Source: Takakia lepidozioides (lineage: Eukaryota > Plantae > Bryophyta). Taken from it: a DNA stretch of 64,000 bases. Numbering within the stretch: position 1 is the first letter of the stretch; each line of letters opens with the position of its first letter. The position numbers and the translations under genes were made by a program. Shown here one piece after another: positions 10,211 through 22,630 of this stretch. The DNA lies in the NCBI GenBank assembly GCA_030704615.1, contig CM060731.1, positions 75,268,001-75,332,000 on the forward strand, in the 5' to 3' direction. The notes beneath the pieces were generated by a model. That model was not told where the DNA came from. It searched no databases and was given only the letters and a program-made list of their open reading frames with translations.

Positions 10211-13059
10211 CGGGTAATGTCGGTTGGTCTGTGAGAACCACCAAGGTGCAGCTGAGTAGGTAGAGATTGAAAAAGGGCCTGCTAAGACCAAGCTGCGGAG
10301 AGGAGCCGATTGATTTGGAGGCAGAGTGGGAAGACCTGTACAACTATCGCAATCTGGCCGTGGAGATGGTGGTTAGGGGAGACGTGGCAGTCGCCCACCC
10401 AAAACAGTTTTTGTTTACTGTTGGAGATCCTGCCAGTCGCTGTTTTTTGTATTATAAACAGTTGGAAGATAGACTGGAGGCATTTCGACAATCTCATCTC
10501 CGGGATAGGCACTGGAATCGAGTACATGCTTGTGGTTTTCTCTCTGCTATTCCAAGGCTAGATGACAAACTGTTGTCGAGGTACCTAGATATGGTGCAAC
10601 CTCTGGTGATATTCTCATAAAGAAACTGCGCCACAACTTTGGCCGTATCGGTGCGAGAGACCATAGCTTCAGCCCACTTAGTGACATATTCAATTGCAAC
10701 AAGAATATATCGTTTCTGACCATTGCAAGAAGCAGAGGTGATAGGTCCAACAAAATCGATACCCCACTTCTCAAAAGGTGCCTGTGCAAGGATGGGAACC
10801 AGGGGCATAGAATTCGATCGCGCAGGTCGGCCAATACGTTGGCATGCATCACAATGACGCACATAAGCAAAAGCATCTTTAAATAGGGTAGGCCACCAAT
10901 AACCTGCCAATAATACCTTCCGTCCGGTGGCATCCCCTGCAAAATGACCACCACAAGAATCGGCATGACACCCCTCAAGTATCGTTGGAACCTCAGCTTC
11001 CAAGATGCAACGGCGCAATACACCATCATTCCCTAGCTTGTATAATGTGTCGCCAATAATTGTATAAGGCGCAGTCTTCTCTATCAGCCGACGCTTCTGC
11101 TTCTCAGTATAACCCTCTCGAAATTGTTGTAACGATAGGTAATTAAAAATAAGAGCATACTCTCCTGTCAGCACATCAACCACAAAAAAAGGCAGCATCT
11201 GGGAGAGAATCATCTATCGGTTCTTCGTCGACTTCCTTCGATAGACGACTTAAATGATCAGCATTGGCATGCTTGCGCCCAGGGCGAACCACAATTTTAA
11301 AAGTAAACTCTTGCAATAAAATAACCCACCGGGCCACTCTGCCACTCAGCTGAGGTTTATTAATGAGATATTTTAGTGCATCATGATCAACATGAAAAAC
11401 AAATGGATAACCCAATAAATAATGGCGATACTTCTGAACCGAATAAATCATGCCCAAACCTTCTCGTTCAGTGGTAGTATAATTTTCTCCGCCACAGCCA
11501 ATTGACGACTCGCAAAATATATCGGATGATCAAACGACTTTTCATCCTTCTCACTCAAAACGCTACCAATAGCATAGTTTGAAGCATCCACATAGACCTG
11601 AAACTCCTTAGTCCAATCGGGGGAAATCAAGATAGGCGCCTTTATCAACCGCCCTTTTAATTCTTGAAAAGAATGCTGACATTCCCTTGTCCACTGTTGC
11701 TCGGCATCATGTTTCAATAATTGTGTCAATGGTAGGGCAATCTTAGCATATCGACGGATAAAACGGCGATAGTACCCCACATGGCCCAGGAAGGCAGCAC
11801 CTCTGACACCGTCGTGGGGGTAGATAATTGGACAATAATCTCAATCTTAGTGGGGTCAGTCGATATCCCTCGAATTGATACAATATGGCCTAAAAGCTTC
11901 CCCTTGGTAACCAGAAATTGACATTTTCCGGCATTCAGAGAGATTCCATACTCCTTACAGTTTTGAAAGCACAGCTCCAACATCTCAGCATGTGTTGCTT
12001 TGCTGCTATAGACACAAAAATCATCCAAGAAGATCTACATAAATAGGCGCAAGTAATCCTGAAAAGCGGCAGTCGTTACTCGTTGAAACGTAGCAGGAGC
12101 ATTGCAAAGTCCGAAGGGCATGACTTTATAGGCATAAGTGCCCCAATCGGTCGTAAAAGTAGTCTTAGGCCAATCCTCTTCTGCGATCGTGATCTGATTA
12201 TAACCAGAAAAACCATCGAGGAAAGAATAACACTCATGGCCCGCTACTGCATCTAGAATAGTATCAGTGAAAGGTAATGGAAAATAATCCTTTCGAGTTA
12301 CAACATTAAGTTTCTGGAAATCCTGGGGGGTGCACTCCAGCCACGTGCGTGCACAGGAGGGGGTATTTTAAACCCCTCCATGTACAACATTATACATATA
12401 GATGGGGATTTATATCACCTTAAATATAATCTTACAGGAGGGGGTTATTGAATTTTAGGAGTAGTCTAGTGGTAAGGGTGTAGAATGTGTCGTGACGCAC
12501 GCGGGGATCAAATCGCGATGCACTGTTGTTTTGCTTTTTTTTTTTCTTTTCTCCCCGCGATCTGTCTCCCGCGGGCTCTCTTTTCCCTCCTCCCCCGCAC
12601 CCCTTCCGTGTCAGCTTGGTCTAGCAGGCCATGTTTCAATCTCTGCTCAATCTCGCCGTGCATGCCAGGGGGCAGTGCAGACAGGCCAGGGCAGTGTTCT
12701 TGAGAAGACCACCTTCATAGAACAAGGTAGCCTAACAAAATGAAGACGAGACACTCCCATGGATATTATGGAGTATATATCTTTATTTCCTTGGTTCGTG
12801 CTTTGGTTTCTAATGCACTACAACTCTTATGGCACGCCATCCATGCACTGAAGCTCGTTGCCTTCTTTCTTCTTTCTTCTTTGTGACCCCCTCTCTTTCT
12901 TGTTTCTTTTTTCCTCTTATCCCATAAGATCTTTGAGCTTCCTGCAGCCATTGTGAAGTACGATTTCATTTCATTGCTTTTCTTTCGTTCTGTTCCTCTG
13001 CGCCTCTCCACCTATCCTAAGCAGCTGATTGACTTTCAGAATTTTTCATCCCGCATGTG

Positions 13060-14000
13060 GAAACCGATATGCAGATGGTCAACTGGAAACAATAGCGGCA
13101 GCAACGCATTGATAGAACAAGGCACTGCTAATGAAGGTACCTTCTTCAACGCATTTCAGCCTGTTTTCCCTGTTAGTAGAGTCGTCCCTATTTTTTCATG
13201 TTGAATTCTGCAAGTTAGCTCGTTGGTGGATCTATGGTGGTTTTGGAGTGATTTTGTGCTCCATGTACCTTCTTCTTCAACCTATTTCAGTCTGTTTTGC
13301 CCTCTCATCATTAGGGTTTAGGGTGTTTGCTGGAAGAACTTCATGCCATCAGTGTCAGCTGCTAGTATCAAGGCTGAGGATGTATTCATGATTTGTCCAC
13401 AGGCAGGGATAGCTGAGGACCAGGGATAGAGGTCCAGATTCATCCAAGAGGGCCGGATTTCAAACACAAGTTTCTTTCTGCTTCCCTGTGGATCAATAGC
13501 TACAAGCAATCGCGCGAGGAGATGGTCAACTGGAAACATCAGCGGCAACAGTGCAATTGATAGAACAAGGCGATGCTAATGAAGGTACATTCTTCAACAC
13601 ATTTCAGCCTGTTTTTCCCTGTTATCATAGTTTTTCCTTGTTTTTGCCTGAAGGAGCAGGGATAGAGTGTGGGTCCAGATTCATCCACGAGGGTTGGACT
13701 TCAAGCTCCAGATTACCTTGATTCCATGTGGGTCAGTAGCTACAAGAAACCTACATGGGTAGATGGTAAACTAAAGGCAGCTATTGCAGCGGCACAGATG
13801 ATAAAATCAGGCACCTCAACCATGACCACAGCTTCTGAAAGAGGATCAAGAGAGGGAGTCCACAATGCCTCTTCTGACATTTCTGGGCATGTGAAGATAC
13901 TTTGTGCGGCAGACAGCCTGACAGAGGCTCTACAGATTCTAAACTAATGAGGCATTTTAGCAGATTCAGATATGTATGTCTGTCTCTTGCTTAAGTGCAT
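13060..14000 (+). pseudogene. PDF-motif/PPR-linker gene fragments (dispersed repeat family)
   Basis: HPRGPDFKHK at ~13441, SYKKPTWVDGKL, GHVKILCAADSLTEAL; homologous to 46200-47120. Confidence 0.8.
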
Positions 14001-14709
14001 CACTGTCACCAACCAGGGCAAAGGTGGGGCCACTCCTTGGATTAAAACGTATAAATATGTTGGCTTCCTTTAGCATGCAAAGGAGAGAAGGAAAAGACAT
14101 AAACAGTTCGGTTTTCCTTCAGACCTATGTTTGATCCAATCTCAGATGTGGGGAGGTTGATATTTTTTAGTGTGCAGTTTACCTTCCACTCTCAAACTTC
14201 TACAACTCAAAATTTGGCATTGGTAGTAATTCATCCCAATAGTGTCGAGTTCAATCTATTCGCAGCAGACTCAGCTGTAACTTTGGGAAATTTCATCAGC
14301 TAGGTTTGACAACCTACGGTGTTGAAGGGATTTGTAGAGGAACTCAGTGTATGGAGGGCTCACTCTGTTTTGGGTGATGGCGGCACGTTTTGCAGTTGGC
14401 TGGGCTTCACTGCTTGCTCACCGAAGACCATGGCGTGTCTCTCATATTGCAGCGGTACTGTTCATTCTCCTCGTCAGCTTGTGCAATCCTTATCTTTGGA
14501 GATGTACTTCAATGAAGGAAGGGCAGAGGGAGGATGGTTTCCAGTGGGCAGCTAGTTAGATTGTACTCATAAGACGTTGTTTGCCGTAGCCTTGTGGACC
14601 TTGACCCCGCGCCCAGTTTGAGCGGGAACAAAAGGGACAGAACCTACCTCTGTCAGGGGCTGACGTTGGTAGTAAGACTTACCTTCATATATAGAATTAA
14701 TCCGGGTTC

Positions 14710-15005
14710 CAATATCAGAGGTACCAATATCAGTTCTGTCGATCAACACATTGGCACACTAGGGGAACAAATTTTTGTCCATTATGATATAGTCCACAAT
14801 GGAACGTTCCCCAGTTTGGGATTTCTCACGAGTCCACTGCACTTGGTCACCTCTTGTCTTGTTATTCTAGGTCAAAAGCTGAAGCTCTTCCAGACAGTTA
14901 ATTAACCGTCTGCCATTAGAATTCAGCTCGTCCTCACCAGAAGACCCAATGATATCGTCCTGATGGAGCCCTTTGCCCACTTGGGCATTGAAGTCACCTT
15001 GCAAT
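14710..15005 (-). mobile_element. LINE ORF2 AP-endonuclease fragment
   Basis: Minus strand reads GDFNAQVG...ELNSNGRRLINCLEELQL and WTR...ERSIVDYII...DIGTSD, matching APE motifs GDFNA, S.IDY and SD(H). Confidence 0.8.
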
Positions 15006-15009
15006 AGCA

Positions 15010-15650
15010 CCACAGACATGAAGAGAAGCTTTGGAATGAGACACTTTTCTGACCCCAGTCAATGGTGGGACAATGTGGGTGGATGGTCAACTGGAAACAG
15101 CAGCGGCAACAACGCAATTGATAGAGCAAGGCATTGCTGATGAAGGTACCTTCTTCAACACATTTCAGCCTGAGGGCACCTTCTGGTTTGACCTGTTTCA
15201 GCCTGTTTTTCCTCTCATCCTCCTCAGCCCTGAAGCATATGTATTGAATTCTGTAAGTTAGCTCGTTGGGTGGATCTGCGGTGCTTTGGAGTGACTTTGC
15301 AAGTTACTGCCGAGGGTGGCAGCATGACAGTACCTAAAAAAAGATAATAGAGATGGAGAGAAGCTTTCAAGGAATGAATACTTCTCTGACCCTAGTCAGT
15401 GGTGGGACAATATGAGTAGATGGTCAACTGGAAATAGCAGCGGCAGCAGCGCAATTGATAGAACAAGGGACTGCTAATGAAGGTACCTTCTTCAACACAT
15501 TTCAGCCTGTTTTTCCTTGTTATCAGAGTCGTCCCTAAATTTCCAGATGGCCGGATTCCAAGCTCCAGATTACCTATGATTCCATGTGGAAGGATAGCTA
15601 CAAGAAACCTGCATGGGTAGATGGTCAACTGGAAGCCATTGTAGCACCTG
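15010..15650 (+). pseudogene. PDF-motif gene fragments (same repeat family)
   Basis: Repeated EKLWN.YFSDPSQWWD, WVDGQLETAAA..QLIEQG and GTFFNTFQPVF segments. Confidence 0.75.
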
Positions 15651-18600
15651 CAAAGGCATGATGTACGCATTGTTAGTGTGGAGGAGGGGTAGCTGTTGAT
15701 GCAGGGAGAGGATCGTGGGTGCAAAATCATCCAAGAGGGCCAGATTTGGAGCAAGGAACAGCGCTGGCAGGAGTTCTATAAATATGATCCACAACGGTGG
15801 GACAATATTGTCAACAGGGTGAGTTTTCTTCATGCAACATCGTAGGGAGTTTGACAGAACTTTGTATTTAAATATGTTAGTGTGGAGGGAGGGCTAGCCG
15901 CTGATGCAAGGATGGACTGTGGGTTCAGGACCACCCAAGAGGGCTACCAGCAGTGGAAGTAGCAGCATTTGGTCAATAGCAGCAGCAAGAATTAGCAACG
16001 TCAAACTCATCAATCAGGTACTTGCTTCTGTATACATTTCATCCTCTTTTCAACGTAGTCCCTGCTTGGACAGCCTATAGGGTTGTATAAAACAGGACTT
16101 TGGAACCTTCCAACCCGGGTGCTTTGTTATTGGTCTATCGAGGTCTGATTTGAAATGTTTTCATTGCATTTTGCAGGTGAACTCATCATGGAAGAAGAGT
16201 TGGAAGTAAAAGTCCTGCTCGTTGGAGGAGATGCATCACCAAACAGGCTTGGTTCTGTGTTCACTATGCAAGGTGTCACATACAAATGCATCTGAGCAGA
16301 AATTCTAGGTGATGAGCTTGTCTCAGCAAAATTTCATTTCCTTTCCATGGGGGGTAGTGTCCTTTCAGCCAAGCAGGAAGAGAGGATGGTTCTGAAAGAG
16401 GATACTGTACACATTAAGATTTCAGACCAAAATGATGGGGACCAAGGATTGAAAAGACCTCTATCTTCCAGTGGTTCTACGATCTTGCGTGGGGACAGAC
16501 CAGGCGAGGACCCGACACCAGGTCTACCAAGATGAGGGATAGACCCTGATACACCCTTTGCTGGCGATGGTGGAAATGAAGACCATGCACATGAGCATGC
16601 ACTTCAGCAGAGATCAAGTAGATTGTGCAGCAAGTTGGCTACATCCAACGATATTCAAAAATGGCAGAAAGAGATTAGAGCCGTTGAAAGGAAAATCTCT
16701 GCAGAAGGACGATGTGACAAGTTTGAGCTGATGACAAAGGATCAACAAGGACAAGCAATGTTCCACATATGGTGTGTTGAGTGTGAGGATGTTTATGCAC
16801 GGTCTGGGAAAAACAAACCATATGATGCATGTGTGCAACTTTATGAGATCTCATTTGAGGAGTGAGGGGCATCGCATAGCCTATGAGAGGCGTCATGGGA
16901 AGGGATCATCACAATGTGTTATCAGCCCTGTAAATGCAGATGAAGCATTAGATGCAAATTGGGTTCGGATTGTGCTGTATTTTTTTTGTTGATGAGGAGA
17001 CTGCGATCCAAACTACAAACAGGAAAGGTAGACCAGGGAAAACCTGCAGAGGAGCAACCAAAGGCACTTGGTATTTGGGCAGGGTTCAAAGAATGCGGAA
17101 GAAAATCAATAAGCGGTTTGTAGAATGTAGGGATTCTGTTGATTTATTGGAGCGTCCTTCTCATATGGAGATTGGGTGAGCAAGGTACCAAAAAATTCGA
17201 GGAGGGGTCTATACGTACGATTTGACGGATAACATGATGGTTGATTTGGATTCCATTATCGCGTTAGCATGTTTAAAGTACAATGTCAAGTCAAACACAT
17301 ATGTTCTTGATGCAAATGATCGAAAAGTCTTTGACAACTTTATCAAAGGCAAATATTTTTTTTAATTAATTTGTTAGATTTTATTATGTTTTAAATGAAT
17401 AAATTTGATATAATATAAAAACATACATATACATATTGGAGGGTTATTTTTAATGATGGAAAATGAGAATATACATACAGAAGGGGGTACTTTCTAAAAA
17501 TTGTAAATTTTTGTATATTTACAGGAGGGGATTTTATAATCTTCAAAAGTATGTACAGAGGGGTATAAATTATCCAAGGACCCGTATACAGGGGGTTTTT
17601 TATTAGGTGACGAACGCACGTGATACGCACAGTTTATAAAGAGTGCACCCCCCGGGCCGGAAATCTTGACAGATTCGTACTTTGCGATTGTTTCATGGGC
17701 ACGACCACTATAGGCAATACCCAATCGCTATAAGGTACAGGATAAATGAATCCAACAGCTAACAATTTGTCCAACTCTTCTTAACCATCAGAGAATATTT
17801 AGGATTCAATCGATGTGGCGTTGTCGTACTGGCATTGCTCCTTCCTCCAATATAATGCGATGCTGACAAATTTATGGGGGCACACCCCGAAGATCAGTAT
17901 AGGTCCATGCAAAAGCCGTACGATGTTTATGGAAAAACTCCTTCCACATAGACAATTCATTGATGGGATTGCCGCAATCATCATTTGATGGGATTGCCGC
18001 AGAAATTATAATGTCATTGGGCTCAGCAGCTGTATTCAAATTCAAGGTTTGATAAGGGTCCTTCTTTATTAATGGAGCACGGTTATCATCAGCCGAATCA
18101 TACCACGCGATATCTTCCGACGTGGTGGCCTCTTCCCACTCAGATTCATGCTGCACCATATAAGAAGATCGGGCTCCCTCCCATCGCAAGATAGCATCAT
18201 CAGAGTCACTATCAAAATCACCATGCCAGGGGTACTCTCCTAGATTAGCACAACGGTAGATCCGCCGGCTCCGTGTATGTTTTAGGTGACAATGGTAGAA
18301 CTTGAAGATCACTATCCGTATCACTGGTCCTCTCGTCAGCTTCAGAGATAAACTCAGATTCGATCTCTTATGTCTCCCTATGATATGCTACTAGGTACAT
18401 TTGCAACACCACCTTTTGTTCTCTTTTTCCCAGAGTCAGAGTGTCTTTCCCCCAATCATTTTTAGCTTTAGATTGGAACAACCATGGTCGTCCTAATAAG
18501 ATGGGGTAAGAATAGGCCGAGACATTTAGTCGGAAGACAACATAATCAATGGAATACTCAATAGCAGCAATTATAGTTGGCACGGCAGTCAGGACGCCCA

Positions 18601-20396
18601 TTGGTTTGACACGGCTTTGATCAGCCATCCGTAACACCAATCGAGTGTTCTGTAAACCACTGAGTCCTAGCTCCTCCATTGTGTTGGAACTCATTAAATT
18701 GACACTAGAACCACCGTCAATTTGAACTCCAGTAATAACAACGTCATCTATTGTCACATCAAGGACGGGGGCACCTGGATCCGGATTGAGTGTGGATATA
18801 CTCACTTCATGAAAGTCGTTTTTCATTGCCTATTTCCGTACTAGAGATGACTGCAACAGTTGCCGCAAAGAAATAGCAGGTTGCAACATGTCCAGGTCTT
18901 TAAGTATATCATAATGAACCAAGCCCTTAGTCAGTGCCATGACCCTTCTCCGCCGAGACCCCTTGGGGTGTCATATCTTGCCATTGCCCATTTTCGGACC
19001 AGTATACTTCCCTCTATTTCTCCGCTGGACTGGCTCCGTTCTAGATTGGGGTATCGCAACTGAGATGACAGGATCCGGGTCGATAGAGTCCACGATAGTG
19101 CAAGGTGGATGGACAACCAAACTAGGCGATATCATCGTTGGTATCGGATGAATATCGGGCATAATGGGCAAAGATCGTTGTACCTCCTCCATTGGCTTGG
19201 AATTCATGCTATCGGGGGTTTTTAAGGCAGAGTTTTCCACGATAGGGTCCATCGGCAATAACTTACGAGCCCTGGTGGTAACCGCTTTAACCATGGGATT
19301 ATCTGTCTCAGCATTAAAATAATAAGATTGGAAAGGGGTATCGGCTGCTTCCATCTTGCCTTTGCCTTTTAAGGTGGCTATCTTATCAGCCAAATTCATA
19401 TCACTCACACATTCTTGCACTGTTACTCGGTTCACAACTCGATTGGTATTAGTATTTCTAAAAGAATGTGACGGCCTTGCAGTTGGTGGTACTGGTCCTG
19501 AACCAGGAAATGTAGGGATTGATGAGGTTTGCTGATGGATGGGATTTTGGGGGTATGGACTCTCACATTGTTCAACAGTATGTCCCTGACCTCCACAACG
19601 CCCACAAAGCGGGATATAATCAACCGGGGCTTTCGGATTAGGGCATTCGCTGGCAATATGTCCCATCTCATGACAACGATAGCAAATCGGATATTGGCCA
19701 TTCCTCAATCGTCGAGCCGGTGGCCGATAAGGAGCATTGGTCTGTTGTGGATACATTTGCTGCTGTTGGCCTCCTCCGCCCCCATAGGTTTGATTGGAGA
19801 ACAGCCGCAATTGGTACTGCCGCCATTGGTACTAGTACAATAGGTGGTACAATAGGTGGTGCAGGGGCTGCAATAGGGGACGCAATAGGTGGTGCCGATG
19901 CAGCTGCCTGTGCGGCTAATAATGCTCGTCGTGCTATCCTGACTGCCAATCGATCAGATCTGGCTTTAGCCTTATGTTCGGCGGTTACGGGAGATTCCCT
20001 CATACCCCATAACCCCTTCTTCTTAATTGACAATACAAGATGATCTCCTCGATTTCTTGCAACAGTCAATTCAAGTGTTCTTAACGTTTCCTCTTGTTCA
20101 GGCAATAGTTGAATCTGCTCCTCCTGCGCTATCGCAAGAGCTAGCATCTCCATTTTTTGTTAACTGAGAACAAGGAGGCTCATCCGTCTCCCACGCCTTC
20201 TTCTGAGTCCAAAAACATTATGAAATCTCTGTCTTTTTATGTTGCTTACATAAACTACAATAAGGACATAGTTTGAAACCAGGTGGGGAAACCTTACTAT
20301 TACGAATGACTTCCCCCGTCATCTCGTAATTCCTCAACAGAAAGTAATTATCTTGAAATTTTAGTAAAGCATCACTATAGCAAACCGCATCGTCTT

Positions 20397-20414
20397 TCCC
20401 CGGCAGCGGCGCCA
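20397..20414 (-). other. Primer-binding site complementary to the tRNA-Asp 3' end
   Basis: Minus strand TGGCGCCGCTGCCGGGGA, one mismatch to the plant tRNA-Asp complement TGGCGCCGTTGCCGGGGA. It lies a few nt after the ...TTCTACA LTR end at 20421. Confidence 0.85.
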
Positions 20415-20559
20415 AAAAGATGTAGAATAAAACTAAGATCAATCCTAAAAGAAAAGATCAATTAGTCTAGAGTTCGTTCGCTGGGGAAAGCACTATACGA
20501 CTAATGCATAACGATGCTAGACTATTCTATCTCTCTCTATCCCTTCTTTGAAACAACTT

Positions 20560-20862
20560 TTACCAACAGTCATCTTCATCTAACACGATCATCATTCTCC
20601 CAGATTCATAAATATTCTCTCCATCTTCTATTAACTCTGCTCCATCGGCTGAAATCAAATACCATTGCTCTATTATGTTTTTCCTCCAATAATCTCTCTG
20701 ATACAAAGCCAACAGCTCTCGATACCATTCTTTACTGACTAACCATAGATTGATTATCTCTTTGTCGCTACATTGTAGTATTTTAAAGATATCTAGAGAC
20801 AAACTATTAGGCAGTCCAGTAATTAGTTCTACAGGATATGCTAGTTGTTCTCTTTCACACAT
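20560..20862 (-). CDS. Small F-box-like protein (100 aa) in presumed LTR
   Basis: ATG-started ORF with ITGLPNSLSLDIFKILQCSDKEIINLWLVSKEWYREL, fitting the F-box pattern LP....IF..L.......L.LVSK.W; paralog of the adjacent ORF. Confidence 0.55.
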   Translation of the reverse strand: MCEREQLAYPVELITGLPNSLSLDIFKILQCSDKEIINLWLVSKEWYRELLALYQRDYWRKNIIEQWYLISADGAELIEDGENIYESGRMMIVLDEDDCW

Positions 20863-20871
20863 CGCTAGTGA

Positions 20872-21186
20872 TCATTCTTCACCACCAATTCTGTTTCTCC
20901 AGTCGCTCCAGGGATTTCCCTCACCAAAATTATGATTCCATTCTCTCATAAGTTCAGGATAGCCTTTAAATGGTCTATACCACTTCTGCAACCAACTATG
21001 TTTCCAATAACAACTCCGGTATAGAATGGATATCTCCCTATACCATCCTTTATTGACCAATTGCAATAAGAATACTTCTTTATCACTACAACAAAACTTC
21101 TGAAAGATTGTTATCGATAAATGGTCTGGTAATTTAGTGATCAACCCTAACACTTCCTTTATTCCCTCACCATTGCTCTCTGTCAT
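20872..21186 (-). CDS. Small F-box-like protein (104 aa) in presumed LTR
   Basis: ATG-started ORF with ITKLPDHLSITIFQKFCCSDKEVFLLQLVNKGWYREI; diverged tandem paralog of 20560-20862. Confidence 0.55.
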   Translation of the reverse strand: MTESNGEGIKEVLGLITKLPDHLSITIFQKFCCSDKEVFLLQLVNKGWYREISILYRSCYWKHSWLQKWYRPFKGYPELMREWNHNFGEGNPWSDWRNRIGGEE

Positions 21187-21850
21187 GCAAATGATTTTAC
21201 TTCACAATTGTACTCATACCCTGAATCCAATTGAAGACTATTTCTATCTTTGTCTCCTTAATCTACTCCTTCTTGAGCTTTGAATATCTCCCTATCGATA
21301 TTTCTCTTGATAGACCAGAAACTAATTCTCACATCGAATTCTTATCTGTTTCATTTATGCGCATTCTCACCATCTTATATAATTATGGTTCTTCACTTCT
21401 TATACACAAAATCACATTCTCATTCCATCACTCCATTCTTCACACATACACAAAGTGAATTGCACTTCCTTTTTCTTCTTCCTCTCATTCATAAATCACA
21501 ACATTGCAAGAACGTAGTACTAAATCTACCATTGTAGAATAACTCTATAGTCTATCTTCTACTCACTCTACTCTCCCTACTCTCGGTCACGGCTCTCTGG
21601 CTCAATTGACACTTTCTGCTTCTCAAGAACGCATTATATAGCAGGGCGCTTCAATAACTGTAATAACCGCTCAAACTCCTTCATCCATCCTTTACAATTA
21701 TTCATCCATTTCTTCTATCATTCAGTCCAAGATAGACTATCGACTGTATACAAGATATCGAAGAACACTGCCCTATCGCAGCAATATCGAAGGTATCGCA
21801 GGCTATATCGATGAGAAAGATATTAAAAAATTCTGAAAATTGTCATTAAG

Positions 21851-22303
21851 TCAGGAATTCCTATTATTCCATCTGCTTCTCTCTGTAGTCCCTTTTTGTC
21901 TCCGTTGGCAGAGACTCATAGCAATATAGGCCGCGTTTTGGGCTCCATGGTGTATCCGGAGAACCTCAAAGTTCCTTTGTGTCGCATGGTTAGCCTTCCA
22001 GTTGTAAGGCAAGCATTGCCAGGGGACATCAATCGACTGAAGCACAACTTCAGAGAGGGGTACAAACGGGGGTCGGCAGCATTCTACGTTTCCATTGAGA
22101 ATGACCAGGGTGATACAAGGGGCCCCACTGCAGAGGAGCTTCAGAATTGGAGCCCCCACTGGCACACTGTAAATGCCGAGTTTGAAGCCTCTCTGAAGAC
22201 TAATCCCACATTCGCACACATGGCAGGGAAGATGTTCTTCGTTTGGGACGGGAACCACAGGATGCTTGCCTGGACAGAGTACATTGCTGAAATGCATTTG
22301 ACC
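21851..22303 (+). pseudogene. ParB/sulfiredoxin-like domain ORF fragment
   Basis: Stop-free frame containing VRQALPGDINRLKHNFREGY and FFVWDGNHRMLAW, the DGxHR signature of the ParB/Srx fold. Truncated at a junction with the PDF-family repeat. Confidence 0.55.
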
Positions 22304-22306
22304 TGA

Positions 22307-22630
22307 CTACACACATAAGCAGCACACACAAGAGGTCATTTTGGGTTGATGGTCGGTCATATCCTCCATGGATCATGACACAACGTCAAGGACAATGTGG
22401 TGAGGGCACCTTCTTCTTCGACCTATCTCAGCCTGTTTTGCCCTCTCATCAGACTCGGTCTTGAGATGCATATTGAATTCTGTAAGTTAGCTCGTTGGGT
22501 GGATCTGTGGTGGTTTGGAGTGACTTTGACAAGTTACTAATGTGGCAGCAAGAAAGTATCCAAAAACAGATAACAGAGATGAGGAGAAGCTTTGGAATGA
22601 ACACTTTTCCGACCCCAGTCAATGGTGGGA
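22307..22630 (+). pseudogene. 5' fragment of the PDF/PPR gene family
   Basis: Homologous to the reverse complement of ~9895-10210; encodes NRDEEKLWNEHFSDPSQWW. Confidence 0.8.

Larger units (their letters stand above)
12325..17653 (+). mobile_element. DNA transposon-like insertion with 13-bp TIRs and subterminal repeats, inserted in the Gypsy RT
   Basis: GGGGGGTGCACTC (12325-12337) and GAGTGCACCCCCC (17641-17653). ACAGGAGGGG-type repeats near both ends. The RT reads ..RICQDFR / QDFQKLN.. across the insert, with a degenerate ~11-bp duplication (CTGGAAATCCT / CCGGAAATCTT). A decayed internal ORF at 16188-17350 has a CVEC...HLRSEGH zinc finger. Confidence 0.8.
10604..21845 (-). mobile_element. 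Ty3/Gypsy LTR retrotransposon (non-chromovirus-like, tRNA-Asp PBS), 3'-truncated, RT split by an insertion
   Basis: Gag zinc knuckles CYRCHEMGHIASEC and CGRCGGQGHTVEQC (18971-19810). Protease QIDGGSSVNLM (18368-18826). RT N-part at 17660-17990; RT C-part FLDGFSGYNQI, MPFGLCNAPATFQR, LDDF (11900-12324). RNase H VDASNYAIG, DHDALKYL, HANADHLSR. Integrase HADSCGGHF, CDACQR, WGIDFVGP (10604-11213). The distal boundary at 21845 is tentative. Confidence 0.92.
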
